A DNA stretch of 64,000 nucleotides from Thermoanaerobaculia bacterium (GCA_044866775.1 JBIOUG010000095.1:4415-68414), one strand, 5' to 3'; shown: positions 27,252 to 38,980, counted from the stretch's first letter. The notes: a model not told the origin generated them from the letters alone. Program-made: numbers and translations.

Positions 27252-28106
27252 TCATCCTCTCCCCGCCCGGATGGCCGCCAGGTATTCGACGAGGCCCCAG
27301 CCCCAGGGCTCGACGCGGCGACCGAGCGCCGCTTCGCAGCGTGCGACGTCCAGCACCGAGTAGGCGGGACGGGGGGCGGGACGGGGGACCTCGCGGGTGG
27401 AGACGGGCACCACCTCGACGCGGCTCGCCCAGAGGCGGGCGATCTCGTCGGCGAAAGCGTACCAGGAGACCGGCTCGCGGTTGCGATAGTGGACCACCCC
27501 GTCCATCGGGAGCCGCGCCAGGTCGAGGATGGCGCGGGCGAGGAACGGCGTGTAGGTGGGGCACCCGACCTGGTCCTCCACCACCCTCAGCCGCCGCTCG
27601 CCGCGCCCGATCATGCCGACGATGGTGGCCACGAAGTTGGGGCCGCCGGGACCGAAGAGCCAGCTCGTCCGCACCACCAGCGTCCGCGGCAGCGCCAGCG
27701 CCCGCGCCTCCCCTGCGAGCTTGCTCTTGCCGTAGACCGAGAGCGGCGCCGTCGGGTCCTCCTCGCGGTAGGGCGCGCTCCCCCGGCCGTCGAAGACGTA
27801 GTCGGTCGAGAGCTGGATCAGCCGCGCGCCGGCGCGCTCGGCGGCCGCCGCCACGTGCTCGACCGCCCGGCCGTTGACCTCGAAGGCGTGCTCCGGCTCG
27901 GCCTCGCAGCGGTCCACCTTGGTGAAGGCGGCGCAGTTGACGACCAGCTCGGGGCGGAAGGTGTCGGCCCAGTAGAGCAGGCGGTCGCGGTCGCGCACGT
28001 CGGCCTGGCCGCGCGGCAGCGCCAGGGCGGCCCAGCCCCGCGACCGCGCCTCGGCGACCAGCGCCCGGCCGAGCATGCCCGAACCGCCAAAAATCACCGT
28101 GCGCAA
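27252..28106 (-). CDS. rfbD: dTDP-4-dehydrorhamnose reductase
   Basis: VIFGGSGMLG, QLSTDYVFDG, YGKSKLAGE and RTSWLFG. The start is a TTG at 28106 or a GTG at 28097, just after the upstream stop. The longer track ORF (to 28526) is out-of-frame overlap. Confidence 0.85.
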   Translation of the reverse strand: MRTVIFGGSGMLGRALVAEARSRGWAALALPRGQADVRDRDRLLYWADTFRPELVVNCAAFTKVDRCEAEPEHAFEVNGRAVEHVAAAAERAGARLIQLSTDYVFDGRGSAPYREEDPTAPLSVYGKSKLAGEARALALPRTLVVRTSWLFGPGGPNFVATIVGMIGRGERRLRVVEDQVGCPTYTPFLARAILDLARLPMDGVVHYRNREPVSWYAFADEIARLWASRVEVVPVSTREVPRPAPRPAYSVLDVARCEAALGRRVEPWGWGLVEYLAAIRAGRG

Positions 28107-28108
28107 CG

Positions 28109-29176
28109 CTAAGTGATCCCCACCTCGGAGTTGTCGCCGACCATGAAGCGGTAGGCCTTGGGCTTGTAGTCGGTCTTGACGATCCGCACGTTGCGGCCGA
28201 CGAGCGAGCCGTCGATGCGCAGCGGGATGTCGCGGATCTCGGAGTCGGAGAGGACGATCGAGTTCTCGATCTCGCAGCGCACCAGCGTGCAGCGCTCGCC
28301 GATCGAGGTGTAGGGGCCGACGAAGGCGTGCTCGAGGCGGGTGCCGTCGCCGATCACCACCGGGCCCCGGATCAGCGAGTCGACGATCTCGACGCCCTCG
28401 CCGAGCTTCACCCGCCCCTCGATGGCGCTGCCGCGGCCGACCTCCCCCGAGCGCTGCGCTTCCAAGGTCTCGAGCACGATGCGGTTGGCCTCCAGCATGT
28501 CGTCGAGCTTGCCGGTGTCCTTCCACCAGCCCTGGACGATGTGCGGGTGGACGTCGAGGCCGCGGTCGATGAGGTCCTGGATCGCGTCGGTGATCTCGAG
28601 CTCGCCGCGCCGCGAGGGCTTGATGCGGCGCACCGAGTCGAAGATGTTGCGGTCGAACATGTAGACGCCGACGAGAGCGAGGTCGCTCTTGGGCTCCTTC
28701 GGCTTCTCGATCAGGCGCTTGACCTTCCCCTCAGCGGTCAGCTCGGCGACCCCGAACTGCTCGGGGTTGTTGACCTGGGCGAGCAGGATCTCGGCGTTGC
28801 AGCCGAGGGCGCGGAACTCCTCGACCAGGCTGGTGATCCCGCCGGCGATCAGGTTGTCGCCGAGGTACATGACGAACGGCTCGTCGCCCAGGAACTCCTC
28901 GGCGATCATCACCGCGTGCGCCAGACCGCGCGGCGCGTCCTGCTCGATGTAGGTGACGCGGGCGCCGAAGCGGGCGCCGTCGCCGACCGCGGCGCGGATC
29001 TCGTCGCGCGTCTCCCCCACCACGATGCCGATCTCCTCGATGCCCGCCGCGACGATCGACTCGATGGCGAAGAACAGCACCGGCTTGTTGGCCACCGGCA
29101 CGAGCTGCTTGGCCGAGGTATAGGTGAGCGGGCGCAGGCGGGTGCCCTTGCCGCCGGAAAGAATGAGTCCCTTCAT
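28109..29176 (-). CDS. glucose-1-phosphate thymidylyltransferase-type sugar nucleotidyltransferase (long form with C-terminal left-handed beta-helix)
   Basis: MKGLILSGGKGTRLRPLTYTSAKQLVPVANKP. Length is 355 aa with a hexapeptide-repeat-like tail. Confidence 0.85.
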   Translation of the reverse strand: MKGLILSGGKGTRLRPLTYTSAKQLVPVANKPVLFFAIESIVAAGIEEIGIVVGETRDEIRAAVGDGARFGARVTYIEQDAPRGLAHAVMIAEEFLGDEPFVMYLGDNLIAGGITSLVEEFRALGCNAEILLAQVNNPEQFGVAELTAEGKVKRLIEKPKEPKSDLALVGVYMFDRNIFDSVRRIKPSRRGELEITDAIQDLIDRGLDVHPHIVQGWWKDTGKLDDMLEANRIVLETLEAQRSGEVGRGSAIEGRVKLGEGVEIVDSLIRGPVVIGDGTRLEHAFVGPYTSIGERCTLVRCEIENSIVLSDSEIRDIPLRIDGSLVGRNVRIVKTDYKPKAYRFMVGDNSEVGIT

Positions 29177-29277
29177 CGGTTTGCGGACTGTAACAGCTCC
29201 ATCAGATTGGACACCAGCCGCGGCGATGTCCTATCCTGCGGCTCGGCGTTCCCCAGGGTCCCCTCACGTCACCACTG

Positions 29278-31293
29278 TTGATGCCATCCGCCGGCTCCAT
29301 CACAACGGGCCTGTCGCTGCTCGTCGCGGCGGCCGCCCTCCTCCTCGCCAGCGGCGTCCCGGGACTCTTCATGAGCCGGCGGTCGGTCTGGGGGCCCAGG
29401 CTGGCGGCGGCTCTGGTGGTCGCGGGCTCGACGCTGGGTCTCGCCGGCGCGGCGCTCGCGCTGGTAGGGGCGGGCGGCGGCTCGCTCGCCTATCCGTTGC
29501 CGGTGCCGGAAGGGCGCGGCGAGCTGGCCGTCGACGCCCTCGGCGCGTTCTTCGCCGTTCCCGTGCTCGTCGTCGGCGCGCTCGGGTCGCTCTACGGCAT
29601 GGCCTACTGGCCACCCGCGAGGCACCCGCGCAACGGCCGCCGCCTGCGCCTCAGCTACGGCATCCTCCTCGGCAGCATGATTCTGGTGACGCTCGCCCGG
29701 GACGGGGTGTCCTTCCTCGTCGCCTGGGAGGCGATGGCCCTGTCGACGTTCTTCCTGATCACCACCGAGGAGGTCAAGGCTCCCACCCGCCGGGCGGGCT
29801 GGATCTATCTGCTCTTCAGTCACGGCAGCGTCCTCTGCCTCCTCGCCATGTTCCTCCTCTTCGCCCGCCTCGCCGGCGGCTTCGCCCTGCGGCCGCTGGC
29901 GGCGGCGCCGGCGCCGCTCGCCTGGGCGGTGTTCGTCCTCGCGGTGGCCGGGTTCGGGGTCAAGGCGGGGATGATGCCGCTGCACACCTGGCTGCCGGGG
30001 GCGCACGCCGCCGCGCCCAGCCACGTCTCCGCGCTCATGTCCGGCGTGGTGATCAAGATGGGCGTCTACGGGCTGGTGCGGGTGTGCGGCCTGCTGCCCT
30101 CCCCGCCGCCGGGCTGGGGGGCCGTCCTGCTCGCGCTGGGCGCCGTCAGCGCCTTCTTCGGCGTCGTCTTCGCCCTCGCCCAGCACGACATCAAGCGGCT
30201 CCTCGCCTACCACAGCATCGAGAACGTCGGCATCATCGTCCTCGGCCTCGGCCTCGCCATGGTGGGCCGCTCCCTGGGTCGGGCGGACTGGGTGCTCCTC
30301 GGCCTCGGCGGCTGCCTGCTGCACGTGTGGAACCACGCCCTCTTCAAGCCGCTGCTCTTCTTCGGCGCCGGCTCGGTGGCCCACGCGGTGCGCAGTCGCG
30401 AGATGGAGCGGATGGGCGGGCTGGCCAAGCGCATGCCCGTCACGGCGGCCTGCTTTCTCCTCGGCGCGGTCGCGATCTCCGGCCTGCCGCCGCTCAACGG
30501 GTTCGCCAGCGAGCTGCTCGTCTACCTGGGTCTCGTGCGCACCGCGGCGGGCGGCGGCGCCTCGTGGCTCCCGGCCGCCCTGGCGGTGCCCGTGCTGGCG
30601 GCGGTGGGCGCGCTGGCGGTGGCCTGCTTCGTCAAGGTCTACGGCATCGTCTTCCTCGGCGTGCCGCGGACCCCGGCGGCGGCGAAGGCGCACGAGTCCG
30701 GCCGCCTGATGCTGGCGCCGATGGCGCTGCTGGCCGCCGCCTGCACGGTGATCGGCGTGCTGCCGTGGGCCGCCGCTGCGGCCCTCGAGCGGGCCGCCAT
30801 GACCTGGGCGCCGCAGCAGCTCGCCGCGGCGCCCGGGCTCGCGGAGCTCGCGCCCCTGTACGAGATCACGGCGGTCGCGCTGCTCCTCGCCGTCCTCCTC
30901 GCCGCCCTCTCGGCCCTCGTCCTGCCGGCGGTGCGCCGGAGCCGGCGCCGCGACCCGGCCCTCCCCACCTGGGACTGCGGCTATGCCACCGCCTCGGCCC
31001 GCGTGCAGTACACCGCCTCGTCCTTCGCCGACCTCATCACCTCCCATTTCGCCTGGGTGCTGCGGCCGCACGTCGAGCGGCCGGACCTGCTGGCGCTGTT
31101 CCCGGCCGCGGCGCGCTTCGCGACCCACGTCGAGGACCCCGTCATGCAGCGGCTCCTCCAGCCGGCGACGCGCCTCGCGCTGCGGCTGAGCGGTCACTTC
31201 CGCGCCGCGCACCAGGGCCAACTGCAGCGCTACCTCCTCTACGTCCTGCTGGCCATCGTCACCGTCCTCGTGTGGAGCATGCTGGCCGGGTGA
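29278..31293 (+). CDS. HyfB/NuoL-like antiporter-type membrane subunit of a hydrogenase-related (Ehr-type) complex
   Basis: 671-aa polytopic protein with the proton-conducting membrane transporter pattern (WLPGAHAAAPSHVSALMSGVVIKMGVYG, HSIENVGII). Confidence 0.85.
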   Translation: MMPSAGSITTGLSLLVAAAALLLASGVPGLFMSRRSVWGPRLAAALVVAGSTLGLAGAALALVGAGGGSLAYPLPVPEGRGELAVDALGAFFAVPVLVVGALGSLYGMAYWPPARHPRNGRRLRLSYGILLGSMILVTLARDGVSFLVAWEAMALSTFFLITTEEVKAPTRRAGWIYLLFSHGSVLCLLAMFLLFARLAGGFALRPLAAAPAPLAWAVFVLAVAGFGVKAGMMPLHTWLPGAHAAAPSHVSALMSGVVIKMGVYGLVRVCGLLPSPPPGWGAVLLALGAVSAFFGVVFALAQHDIKRLLAYHSIENVGIIVLGLGLAMVGRSLGRADWVLLGLGGCLLHVWNHALFKPLLFFGAGSVAHAVRSREMERMGGLAKRMPVTAACFLLGAVAISGLPPLNGFASELLVYLGLVRTAAGGGASWLPAALAVPVLAAVGALAVACFVKVYGIVFLGVPRTPAAAKAHESGRLMLAPMALLAAACTVIGVLPWAAAAALERAAMTWAPQQLAAAPGLAELAPLYEITAVALLLAVLLAALSALVLPAVRRSRRRDPALPTWDCGYATASARVQYTASSFADLITSHFAWVLRPHVERPDLLALFPAAARFATHVEDPVMQRLLQPATRLALRLSGHFRAAHQGQLQRYLLYVLLAIVTVLVWSMLAG

Positions 31294-32198
31294 CGACCAC
31301 GCTGGCGCAGATCGTCGTCCTGACCGTGTTGCCGCCCCTGCTCCTGGGGGTCGTCAACCGGACCAAGGCCGTCTTCGCCGGGCGCCGGGGAGCGAGCGTC
31401 TGGCAGCCGTACTTCGATCTCGCGAAGCTCCTGCGCAAGGAGACGGCCCTGAGCGCGACCACCACCTGGCTGTTCGCCGCGGCGCCGCTGGTGGTGGTGA
31501 GCGTGACGGTGGTCGCGGGGCTCATGGTGCCGCTGGGACCGTTCGCGGCCCCGATCGCCTTTCCGGGGGACTTCGTGCTCTTCGCCTATCTCCTGGCGCT
31601 CGGCCGCTTCGTCACCGCCGCGGCCGCCCTCGACACCGGCTCGCCTTTCGCAGGCATGGGGGCGGCGCGCGAGGTCGGCTTCGCCTGGATGACGGAGCCG
31701 GCTCTCTTCTTCGCCTTCCTCGCGCTGGCCCGGCTCGGCGGTTCCCTGAGCCTCGACGGCATGCTGCGGGCGACCGAGCGGGGCGCCTGGGCGGTGCGTA
31801 CCGCGCCGCTGCTGCTGATGGCGGCGGGGCTCTTCATCCTTCTGCTCAGCGAATGCAGCCGCATCCCGATCGACGACCCCAACACCCACCTCGAGCTGAC
31901 CATGATCCACGAGGTCATGGTCCTCGATCACGGCGGCCCCCTGCTCGGCCTCGTCGAGTACGGCGCGGCGATGAAGCTCCTGGTGCTCGCGGCCGTGCTC
32001 CTCCACGTCGTCGCTCCGGCCGCGAGCGTCCCGGGATGGGCGGGCCTGGCGCTCTTCGCTCTCGGGCTGCTGGTGATCGCGATCGGGATCGGGGTCCTCG
32101 AGTCGACGATGGCGCGGCTGCGGCTCCTCCACGTGCCGATGCTCCTGGCCGCGGCCTTCCTCTCCTGCGGCTTCGCCCTCCTGCTGCTCACCCGGTGA
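31290..32198 (+). CDS. HycD/HyfC/NuoH-like membrane subunit
   Basis: This is the last 302 codons of track ORF 29124..32198 (VTTTLAQIVVL...SECSRIPIDDPNTHLELTMIHEVM). The GTG at 31290 overlaps the upstream stop (GTGA). Confidence 0.85.
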   Translation: MTTTLAQIVVLTVLPPLLLGVVNRTKAVFAGRRGASVWQPYFDLAKLLRKETALSATTTWLFAAAPLVVVSVTVVAGLMVPLGPFAAPIAFPGDFVLFAYLLALGRFVTAAAALDTGSPFAGMGAAREVGFAWMTEPALFFAFLALARLGGSLSLDGMLRATERGAWAVRTAPLLLMAAGLFILLLSECSRIPIDDPNTHLELTMIHEVMVLDHGGPLLGLVEYGAAMKLLVLAAVLLHVVAPAASVPGWAGLALFALGLLVIAIGIGVLESTMARLRLLHVPMLLAAAFLSCGFALLLLTR

Positions 32199-32845
32199 TC
32201 GCGATGGAATCCCTGCTCAGCCCGCTCGTCGTCTCTCTCCTCCTCGTCAACCTGGTGGCGCTCGGCAGCGGCCGCATCGGCGTCGTGGTGCGCGCGGTGG
32301 CGCTGCAGGGGCTGCTCCTCGGCGTCCTGGCGCTGGTGGCGCACCGGCGGGTGGATCAGGCCGCGATCGTCCTGGCGACCGCGGGCGTCGTCCTCAAGGG
32401 CTGGCTCATCCCGGCCATCCTCTTCCGCGCCCTGCGACAGGTGGCGATCAAGCGCGAGGAGGAGCCCTCGATCGGCTTGCTCCCCTCCCTCCTCCTGGGC
32501 GCTCTCGCGACGGCGCTGGCGCTCGTCCTCGGCGGCCGGGTGCCGCTGGCCGACGACCGCCTCTCGCCGCTGCTCGTCCCCACCGCGCTGGCGACGATGG
32601 TCACCGGCCTCATCCTGCTGACCACGCGGCGCAAGGCGATCAGCCAGGTCCTGGGCTACCTGGTGCTCGAGAACGGGATCTTCATCTTCGGGCTGCTCCT
32701 CGTTCAGGCGATGCCGTTCCTGGTCGAGGTCGGGGTGCTGCTGGACCTCTTCGTGGGCATCTTCGTGCTCAGCATCATCATCCATCACATCAACCGGGAG
32801 TTCGCCTCCCTCGATACGCGCCGGCTGTCGCTGCTCAAGGAATAG
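32195..32845 (+). CDS. HyfE/NuoK-like membrane subunit
   Basis: Small polytopic protein ...ISQVLGYLVLENGIFIFGLLL.... The GTG at 32195 overlaps the upstream stop; an alternative ATG lies at 32204. Confidence 0.8.
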   Translation: MIAMESLLSPLVVSLLLVNLVALGSGRIGVVVRAVALQGLLLGVLALVAHRRVDQAAIVLATAGVVLKGWLIPAILFRALRQVAIKREEEPSIGLLPSLLLGALATALALVLGGRVPLADDRLSPLLVPTALATMVTGLILLTTRRKAISQVLGYLVLENGIFIFGLLLVQAMPFLVEVGVLLDLFVGIFVLSIIIHHINREFASLDTRRLSLLKE

Positions 32846-32850
32846 GCCCG

Positions 32851-34280
<1,430 letters not shown>

Positions 34281-34284
<4 letters not shown>

Positions 34285-35810
34285 GCGGCCTGGCACGACT
34301 CGCTCGCCTCGCCGCCGGCGGCGCGGTGCCGCTGGGCGCCGTCCCCGACCTCGCCTGGAACGACTTCGCCGCGGCGGTCGCCCTGGCGGTGGAGCGCGGG
34401 CTGCGCGTGGTGGCTTACTTCGGCACTCCCGCCGAGGGCGGCGGCGTCGCGCTCCACGCCGTCCTGGCGGACGATCGGGCCGGCAACGTCGCGCTGGCCG
34501 GCACGCTGATCGCGGGCGAGGCCTTCCCTTCGCTGACCTCCGATCTGCCGCAGGTCCACCTCTTCGAGCGCGAGATCGCGGAGCAGACCGGGCTGCGGCC
34601 CGAGGGTCACCCGTGGCTCGAGCCGGTGCGCTTCCACCACTCCTACCGCGCCGGCCGGGACGCCTGGGGCCGGACGCCGGGCGAGCCGATCGTGCCGGGA
34701 GCCGTCGGGCCCCACCGCGTCGCCGGGGAGGAGGTGCACGAAGTCGCGGTCGGCCCCGTCCACGCCGGCGTCATCGAGCCCGGCCACTTTCGCTTCGAGT
34801 GCCACGGCGAGGAGGTCTTCCATCTCGAGATCGCCTTGGGCTACCAGCACCGCGGCGCCGAGCGCGCTCTCGCCGGCGGGCCCGACAAGCGCTCGATCCA
34901 CTACCTCGAGACCGTCGCCGGCGACACGACGGCCGGACACGCCACGGCCTACTGCGAGGTGCTGGAGGCGCTGAGCGGGTGCGCCGTCCCGGCGCGCGGC
35001 CAGGCGCTGCGCGCGATCGCGCTCGAGCTCGAGCGGGTGGCGAGCCACGTCGGCGATCTCGGGGCGCTCGCGGGCGACGTCGGCTTCCTCCCTACCGCCG
35101 CGTTCTGCGGCCGCATCCGCGGCGATTTCCTCAACCTGACGGCGGAGATCTGCGGCAGCCGCTTCGGGCGTGGGCTCCTGCGGCCGGGCGGCGTCGGGTT
35201 CGATCTCGAGGCGGGAGAGCTCGCCCGGCTGCGCGAGCGCCTCGAGCGCGCCGCGACCGACGCCCGGGTCGCCATCGAGCTGCTCTGGGCGACCCCGTCG
35301 GTCATGGCCCGCTTCGAAGCCACCGGCGCACTGCCCGGCGTCGTGGCGCAGCTCCTCGGCCTCAAGGGGCCCGCCGCGCGCGCCTGCGGCCTCGACCTCG
35401 ACGCCCGCCGCGACCATCCCACGGGCCGCTACCGGTCGCGCCACATCCCGGTCGCGCTGGCGGAGTCCGGCGACGTCTACGCCCGCGCCTGGGTGCGCTG
35501 GCTCGAGATCCAGCACTCCTTGGCCTTCCTGCGGGAGGAGCTGGAAGCGCTGCCTGAAGGGCCGGTGCGGGCGGCGACGAACGGCCTCGCCCCCCGCCAT
35601 CTGGCCGTCTCACTGGTCGAAGGGTGGCGGGGCGAGATCTGCCATGTCGCGATCACCGACGCGCGCGGGGCATTCTCGCGCTACAAGATCGTCGACCCGT
35701 CGTTCCACAACTGGAGCGGTCTCGCCTACGCTCTGCGCGGCCAGCAGATCTCGGACTTCCCGCTGTGCAACAAGAGCTTCAACCTCTCCTACTGCGGGCA
35801 CGACCTGTGA
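34281..35810 (+). CDS. NuoC+NuoD / HycE-like large subunit lacking NiFe-ligand cysteines
   Basis: This is the last 509 codons of track ORF 33012..35810. GPVHAGVIEPGHFRF and LEIALGYQHRG are large-subunit hallmarks. The L1 position reads VAGDTTAGH instead of CGxCxxxH. The C-terminus reads FPLCNKSFNLSYCGHDL instead of DPCxxCxxR. The GTG at 34281 overlaps the upstream stop. Confidence 0.85.
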
Positions 35811-35841
35811 CGCCGCCGGCGCGCCCTGGCACGGGATACGG

Positions 35842-36612
35842 ATGATCAAGATTCTGCGCGCACGCTGGCAGCAGGGCCACCGCACGGTCGCTTTCCCCGA
35901 CGGCCCCCCGCCGCCGCTTCCCGAGCGTTTCCGGGGGGCGCCCGCGATCGACGCCACGCGCTGCGTCGACGGCTGCCGCCGCTGCGCCGAGGCCTGCCCG
36001 ACCGGCGCCATCTCTCTCGCCCCGACCCCGGCCGTCGACCTGGGCAAGTGCCTCTTCTGCACGGATTGCCTGGAGGCCTGCCCGGAGGGCGCGCTGGCCT
36101 ACGGCCGGGACTACCGGCTGGCGGCGCGCCGGCGGGAGGACCTCCGCGTCGACTCCCGGCGCGGCGTCGAGCTCGCCGCGGCGCTCGACGCGGCGACGCG
36201 CCAGCTCTTCGGCCGCTCCCTGAAGCTCCGCGAGGTGAGCGCCGGGGGCTGCAACGGCTGTGAATCGGAGGTCAACGCGCTCTCGACCGTGGTCTGGGAC
36301 CTCGGCCGCTTCGGCATCCAGTTCGTGGCCTCGCCGCGCCATGCCGACGGCCTGCTGATCACCGGGCCGGTGACCGAGACCATGCGCTTGGCGCTCGCCA
36401 AGACCCACGCCGCCGTCCCGCCGCCCAAGCTGGTGATCGCGGTGGGCGCCTGCGCCATCTCCGGCGGGCCCTACATCGACCATCCCGAGGTGCACAACGG
36501 CGCCGACGCGGTCGTGCCGGTGGACCTCTACGTCCCCGGCTGTCCGCCCCACCCGCTGACGATCCTCGACGGGCTGCTGCGCCTGCTGGGCCGCATCCCG
36601 ACCCCCGCCTGA
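35842..36612 (+). CDS. fused 2x[4Fe-4S] ferredoxin (HycF/NuoI-like) and NuoB/HycG-like small subunit
   Basis: CVDGCRRCAEACP and CLFCTDCLEACP form the ferredoxin part. GGCNGCESE, VGACAISGG and PGCPPHP are the NuoB-type cluster ligands. This is the last 256 codons of track ORF 35170..36612. Confidence 0.8.
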   Translation: MIKILRARWQQGHRTVAFPDGPPPPLPERFRGAPAIDATRCVDGCRRCAEACPTGAISLAPTPAVDLGKCLFCTDCLEACPEGALAYGRDYRLAARRREDLRVDSRRGVELAAALDAATRQLFGRSLKLREVSAGGCNGCESEVNALSTVVWDLGRFGIQFVASPRHADGLLITGPVTETMRLALAKTHAAVPPPKLVIAVGACAISGGPYIDHPEVHNGADAVVPVDLYVPGCPPHPLTILDGLLRLLGRIPTPA

Positions 36613-36624
36613 GCGGCAGAGCCC

Positions 36625-36643
36625 GGCGCGAAGCCTTCGCGCC
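36625..36643. terminator. GC-rich hairpin between convergent genes
   Basis: ggcgcgaag-c-cttcgcgcc (9-bp arms) lies between the stop of the small-subunit gene (36612) and the lptD stop (36643). There is no T-tract, so terminator function is inferred only. Confidence 0.35.
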
Positions 36644-38937
36644 TAGTTCTCGGTCGGCACCGAGCTGCGCCCGGAGAGGTCGAGGAAAGTGCCGACGTTC
36701 TTCAGGGTGAGCGAGAACCGGTACTCCCGGTTGCGCACCGCCTGCGCCTGGAACGAGACGAACTCGAAGCGGAAGCCGTAGCACTGCGACAGGTAGTTGG
36801 CGATCCAGCGCTGCTGCTGCAGCTCGGCGCTGTCGAAGTCGTAGGAGACCCGGCCCTCGAGGCGCAGCCGCTGCGGGAAGACGGAGAGGGCGCCGAAGAC
36901 CTGGACCTGGGTGCCGAGCTCCGCCGGGTCGCCGGCTTGCGGCCGGCGGTAGAGGGTGAGCCCGAGGCTGTTGCCGGTCCCCCAGCCGTAGGCGCCGGAG
37001 AGCGAGCTCGACGCGATGCGGCTGTCCAGCGTGTCGTAGGAGAGGCGCGTCTCGAAGCTCGTCTTCTCGCTCGGGTTGATGCGCAGCAGGCTCTCGAGCG
37101 GCCCGGCGGTGTCGGTCTCGAGGCCGTCGATCGAGCGCTGCAGCGGCTGCTCGTCGTCGTAGGAGAGGTCGCGCGCCACCTCGAAGAGGAAGACCTCGCG
37201 CGCCGCGCCCGACTGTCCACCCCCGGTCCCCGCGGCCGGCTTGGCGAGGATGCGGTTGACGAGCGCGAAGCGGGAGCGGTTGGTGGCGAAGGCGGTGTCG
37301 ATCTCGTCGAAGCGCGGGATGAGCGTCGGCTGCTCGTCGACCTCGCCCGAGTAGTTGTAGGTGACGCGCGGCGAGACCACGTGCTTGAAGCGCCCGAAGC
37401 CGCCGAGCTTGCGGTCGTAGATGCGCGAGAACGACGGCCCCACCAGCTCGGCGCGGCCGAACGGGAAGTCGCGGGTGATCGACTCGCCGGTGAACTGGAA
37501 GGTGGTGCGCGACTGGCTGTCGCCGTACCAGGTGTAGCGCTCGCCGGCGACCAGCCGCAGCGACAGCCAGGGCAGCGTCGAGAGCGGCAGCGACAGCTCC
37601 GGGCCCAAGTCGAAGCGGCCGTAGCTGCCCTCGATGCCGAGCTGGTTGTCGAGGCTCAGGTAGTCGGCCGAGCCCTGGAAGGCGAGGTAGAACGGCGTCC
37701 GGCCGAGGCGCGTCGAGCGCAGCCGGTACTCGAGCTCCGGCAGCTTGCGCTGGACCAGCGTCACCCCCGGCTGATCGAGGGTCTGGACCTCGTTGAGCAG
37801 GAGGTTGACGAGGTGCGGCCCCGCGTTGCGGGCCACGAAGGCGCGGCTGTTGACCCGCCGTGTCGTGTTGCGGTCGATGTCGCGCTCGAAGTCGCGGAAG
37901 AACTCGAAGTCCGAGAAGTCCTCGTAGGCGATGACCCCGCGCATCCCCCACGGCAGGTCATTGGTGACGTGGTCGAGGTTGAGCTTCCAGCGCCATTCGT
38001 CGCGGTCCGGGTCGCTCACCGCGTAGCCGGTGAAGCTGCCGCGCGTCCCTTCGCTCGGGGCGTAGCGGAACTCGTTGCCCAGGCCGAGGAAGCCCTTGCT
38101 GTAGGTGTCGACGTGGAAGGTCGTGTCGTAGCTCCGCCCGAGCGTCTGGAAGTAGGCCAGCGAGAGCGCGCCGCCGCGGCGGTCGGAGTAGCCGATGTTG
38201 GGAATCAGGAGGCCCGAGCTGCGCTCGCTCTTGACCGGCCAGACGAGGTACGGCGTGTAGAGGACGGGCACGCGCTTGACCCGCATCGCGGCGCTCCGCA
38301 CGTGGGCATAGCCCTCGACCTCCACCGTCGCCTTGCCCAGGCGGAAGCTCCAGTCGGGGCTCTCGCCGGCGCAGGAGGTGAAGGTGCCGTCGGTGACGGT
38401 GTAGGTGTCCTCGCCGATCTTCGCCACCTCGCTGCCGCTGAAGAAGTAGTCCTGCGCGACATGGGCGGTCGACTCGGTCAGCGTGCCGGTCTTGGTCTCG
38501 AGGTTGAAGGTGGCGGTGGCGCCGGTGATGCGGCGCGGCCCCTGGTCGATGATCACGTTGCCGGTGGCGGTGACGACCTTGGTCTCGATGTCCAGCTCGG
38601 CGCGGTCGGCCTTGAGCTCGATGTCCTGGTACTTGAGCTGCACGGCACCCGCGAGCACCGCATAGTCCTCGCGCCGGTACTCGAGGCTCTCGGCGCTGCC
38701 CGAGGCCGTGCCGCCGCCGCGCTCGGGGGGGAAGTTCAGGTTGAAGTCGATGCGGTCGGCGGCGGGGGTCGGAGGGGCTGCCGGCGCCGGAGGCGCCGGT
38801 GGGGGCGTCTGCCCGGCAGCGGGAGGAGAAGCGGGCTGGGTAGGGGGGACCTCCTCGGTGGGCTGCGGCTCCTGGGCCGCCAGGGGCAGAGCCAGGCAGA
38901 CTGCAAGCAGGAGAGCGGCGGGCACGCGGGCCATCAC
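36643..38937 (-). CDS. lptD: LPS-assembly outer-membrane protein LptD (OstA family)
   Basis: Has a signal peptide (MMARVPAALLLAVCLALPLAAQ) and an OstA-like N-domain (ADRAELDIETKVVTATGNVIIDQGPRRITGATATFNLETKTG). The large beta-barrel ends in an aromatic-rich C-terminus. Confidence 0.85.
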   Translation of the reverse strand: MMARVPAALLLAVCLALPLAAQEPQPTEEVPPTQPASPPAAGQTPPPAPPAPAAPPTPAADRIDFNLNFPPERGGGTASGSAESLEYRREDYAVLAGAVQLKYQDIELKADRAELDIETKVVTATGNVIIDQGPRRITGATATFNLETKTGTLTESTAHVAQDYFFSGSEVAKIGEDTYTVTDGTFTSCAGESPDWSFRLGKATVEVEGYAHVRSAAMRVKRVPVLYTPYLVWPVKSERSSGLLIPNIGYSDRRGGALSLAYFQTLGRSYDTTFHVDTYSKGFLGLGNEFRYAPSEGTRGSFTGYAVSDPDRDEWRWKLNLDHVTNDLPWGMRGVIAYEDFSDFEFFRDFERDIDRNTTRRVNSRAFVARNAGPHLVNLLLNEVQTLDQPGVTLVQRKLPELEYRLRSTRLGRTPFYLAFQGSADYLSLDNQLGIEGSYGRFDLGPELSLPLSTLPWLSLRLVAGERYTWYGDSQSRTTFQFTGESITRDFPFGRAELVGPSFSRIYDRKLGGFGRFKHVVSPRVTYNYSGEVDEQPTLIPRFDEIDTAFATNRSRFALVNRILAKPAAGTGGGQSGAAREVFLFEVARDLSYDDEQPLQRSIDGLETDTAGPLESLLRINPSEKTSFETRLSYDTLDSRIASSSLSGAYGWGTGNSLGLTLYRRPQAGDPAELGTQVQVFGALSVFPQRLRLEGRVSYDFDSAELQQQRWIANYLSQCYGFRFEFVSFQAQAVRNREYRFSLTLKNVGTFLDLSGRSSVPTEN

Positions 38938-38980
38938 GTCGTATCGCGGCGCGAAGACAGGTCTCGTCGCGGCGGAGCCG

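Noticed and set aside
29124-32198. 1024-aa ORF. Also 33012..35810 (932 aa), 38708..41977 (1089 aa), 20400..22379 (659 aa), 3499..4437 (312 aa) and 35170..36612 taken at face value
   Set aside because: Only the C-terminal portions are protein-like (HycD-like, large subunit, MltG, UbiA, DUF2442 and the ferredoxin-NuoB fusion). The N-terminal parts overlap the preceding real gene out of frame. The true starts coincide with ATGA or GTGA overlaps, or with SD sequences.
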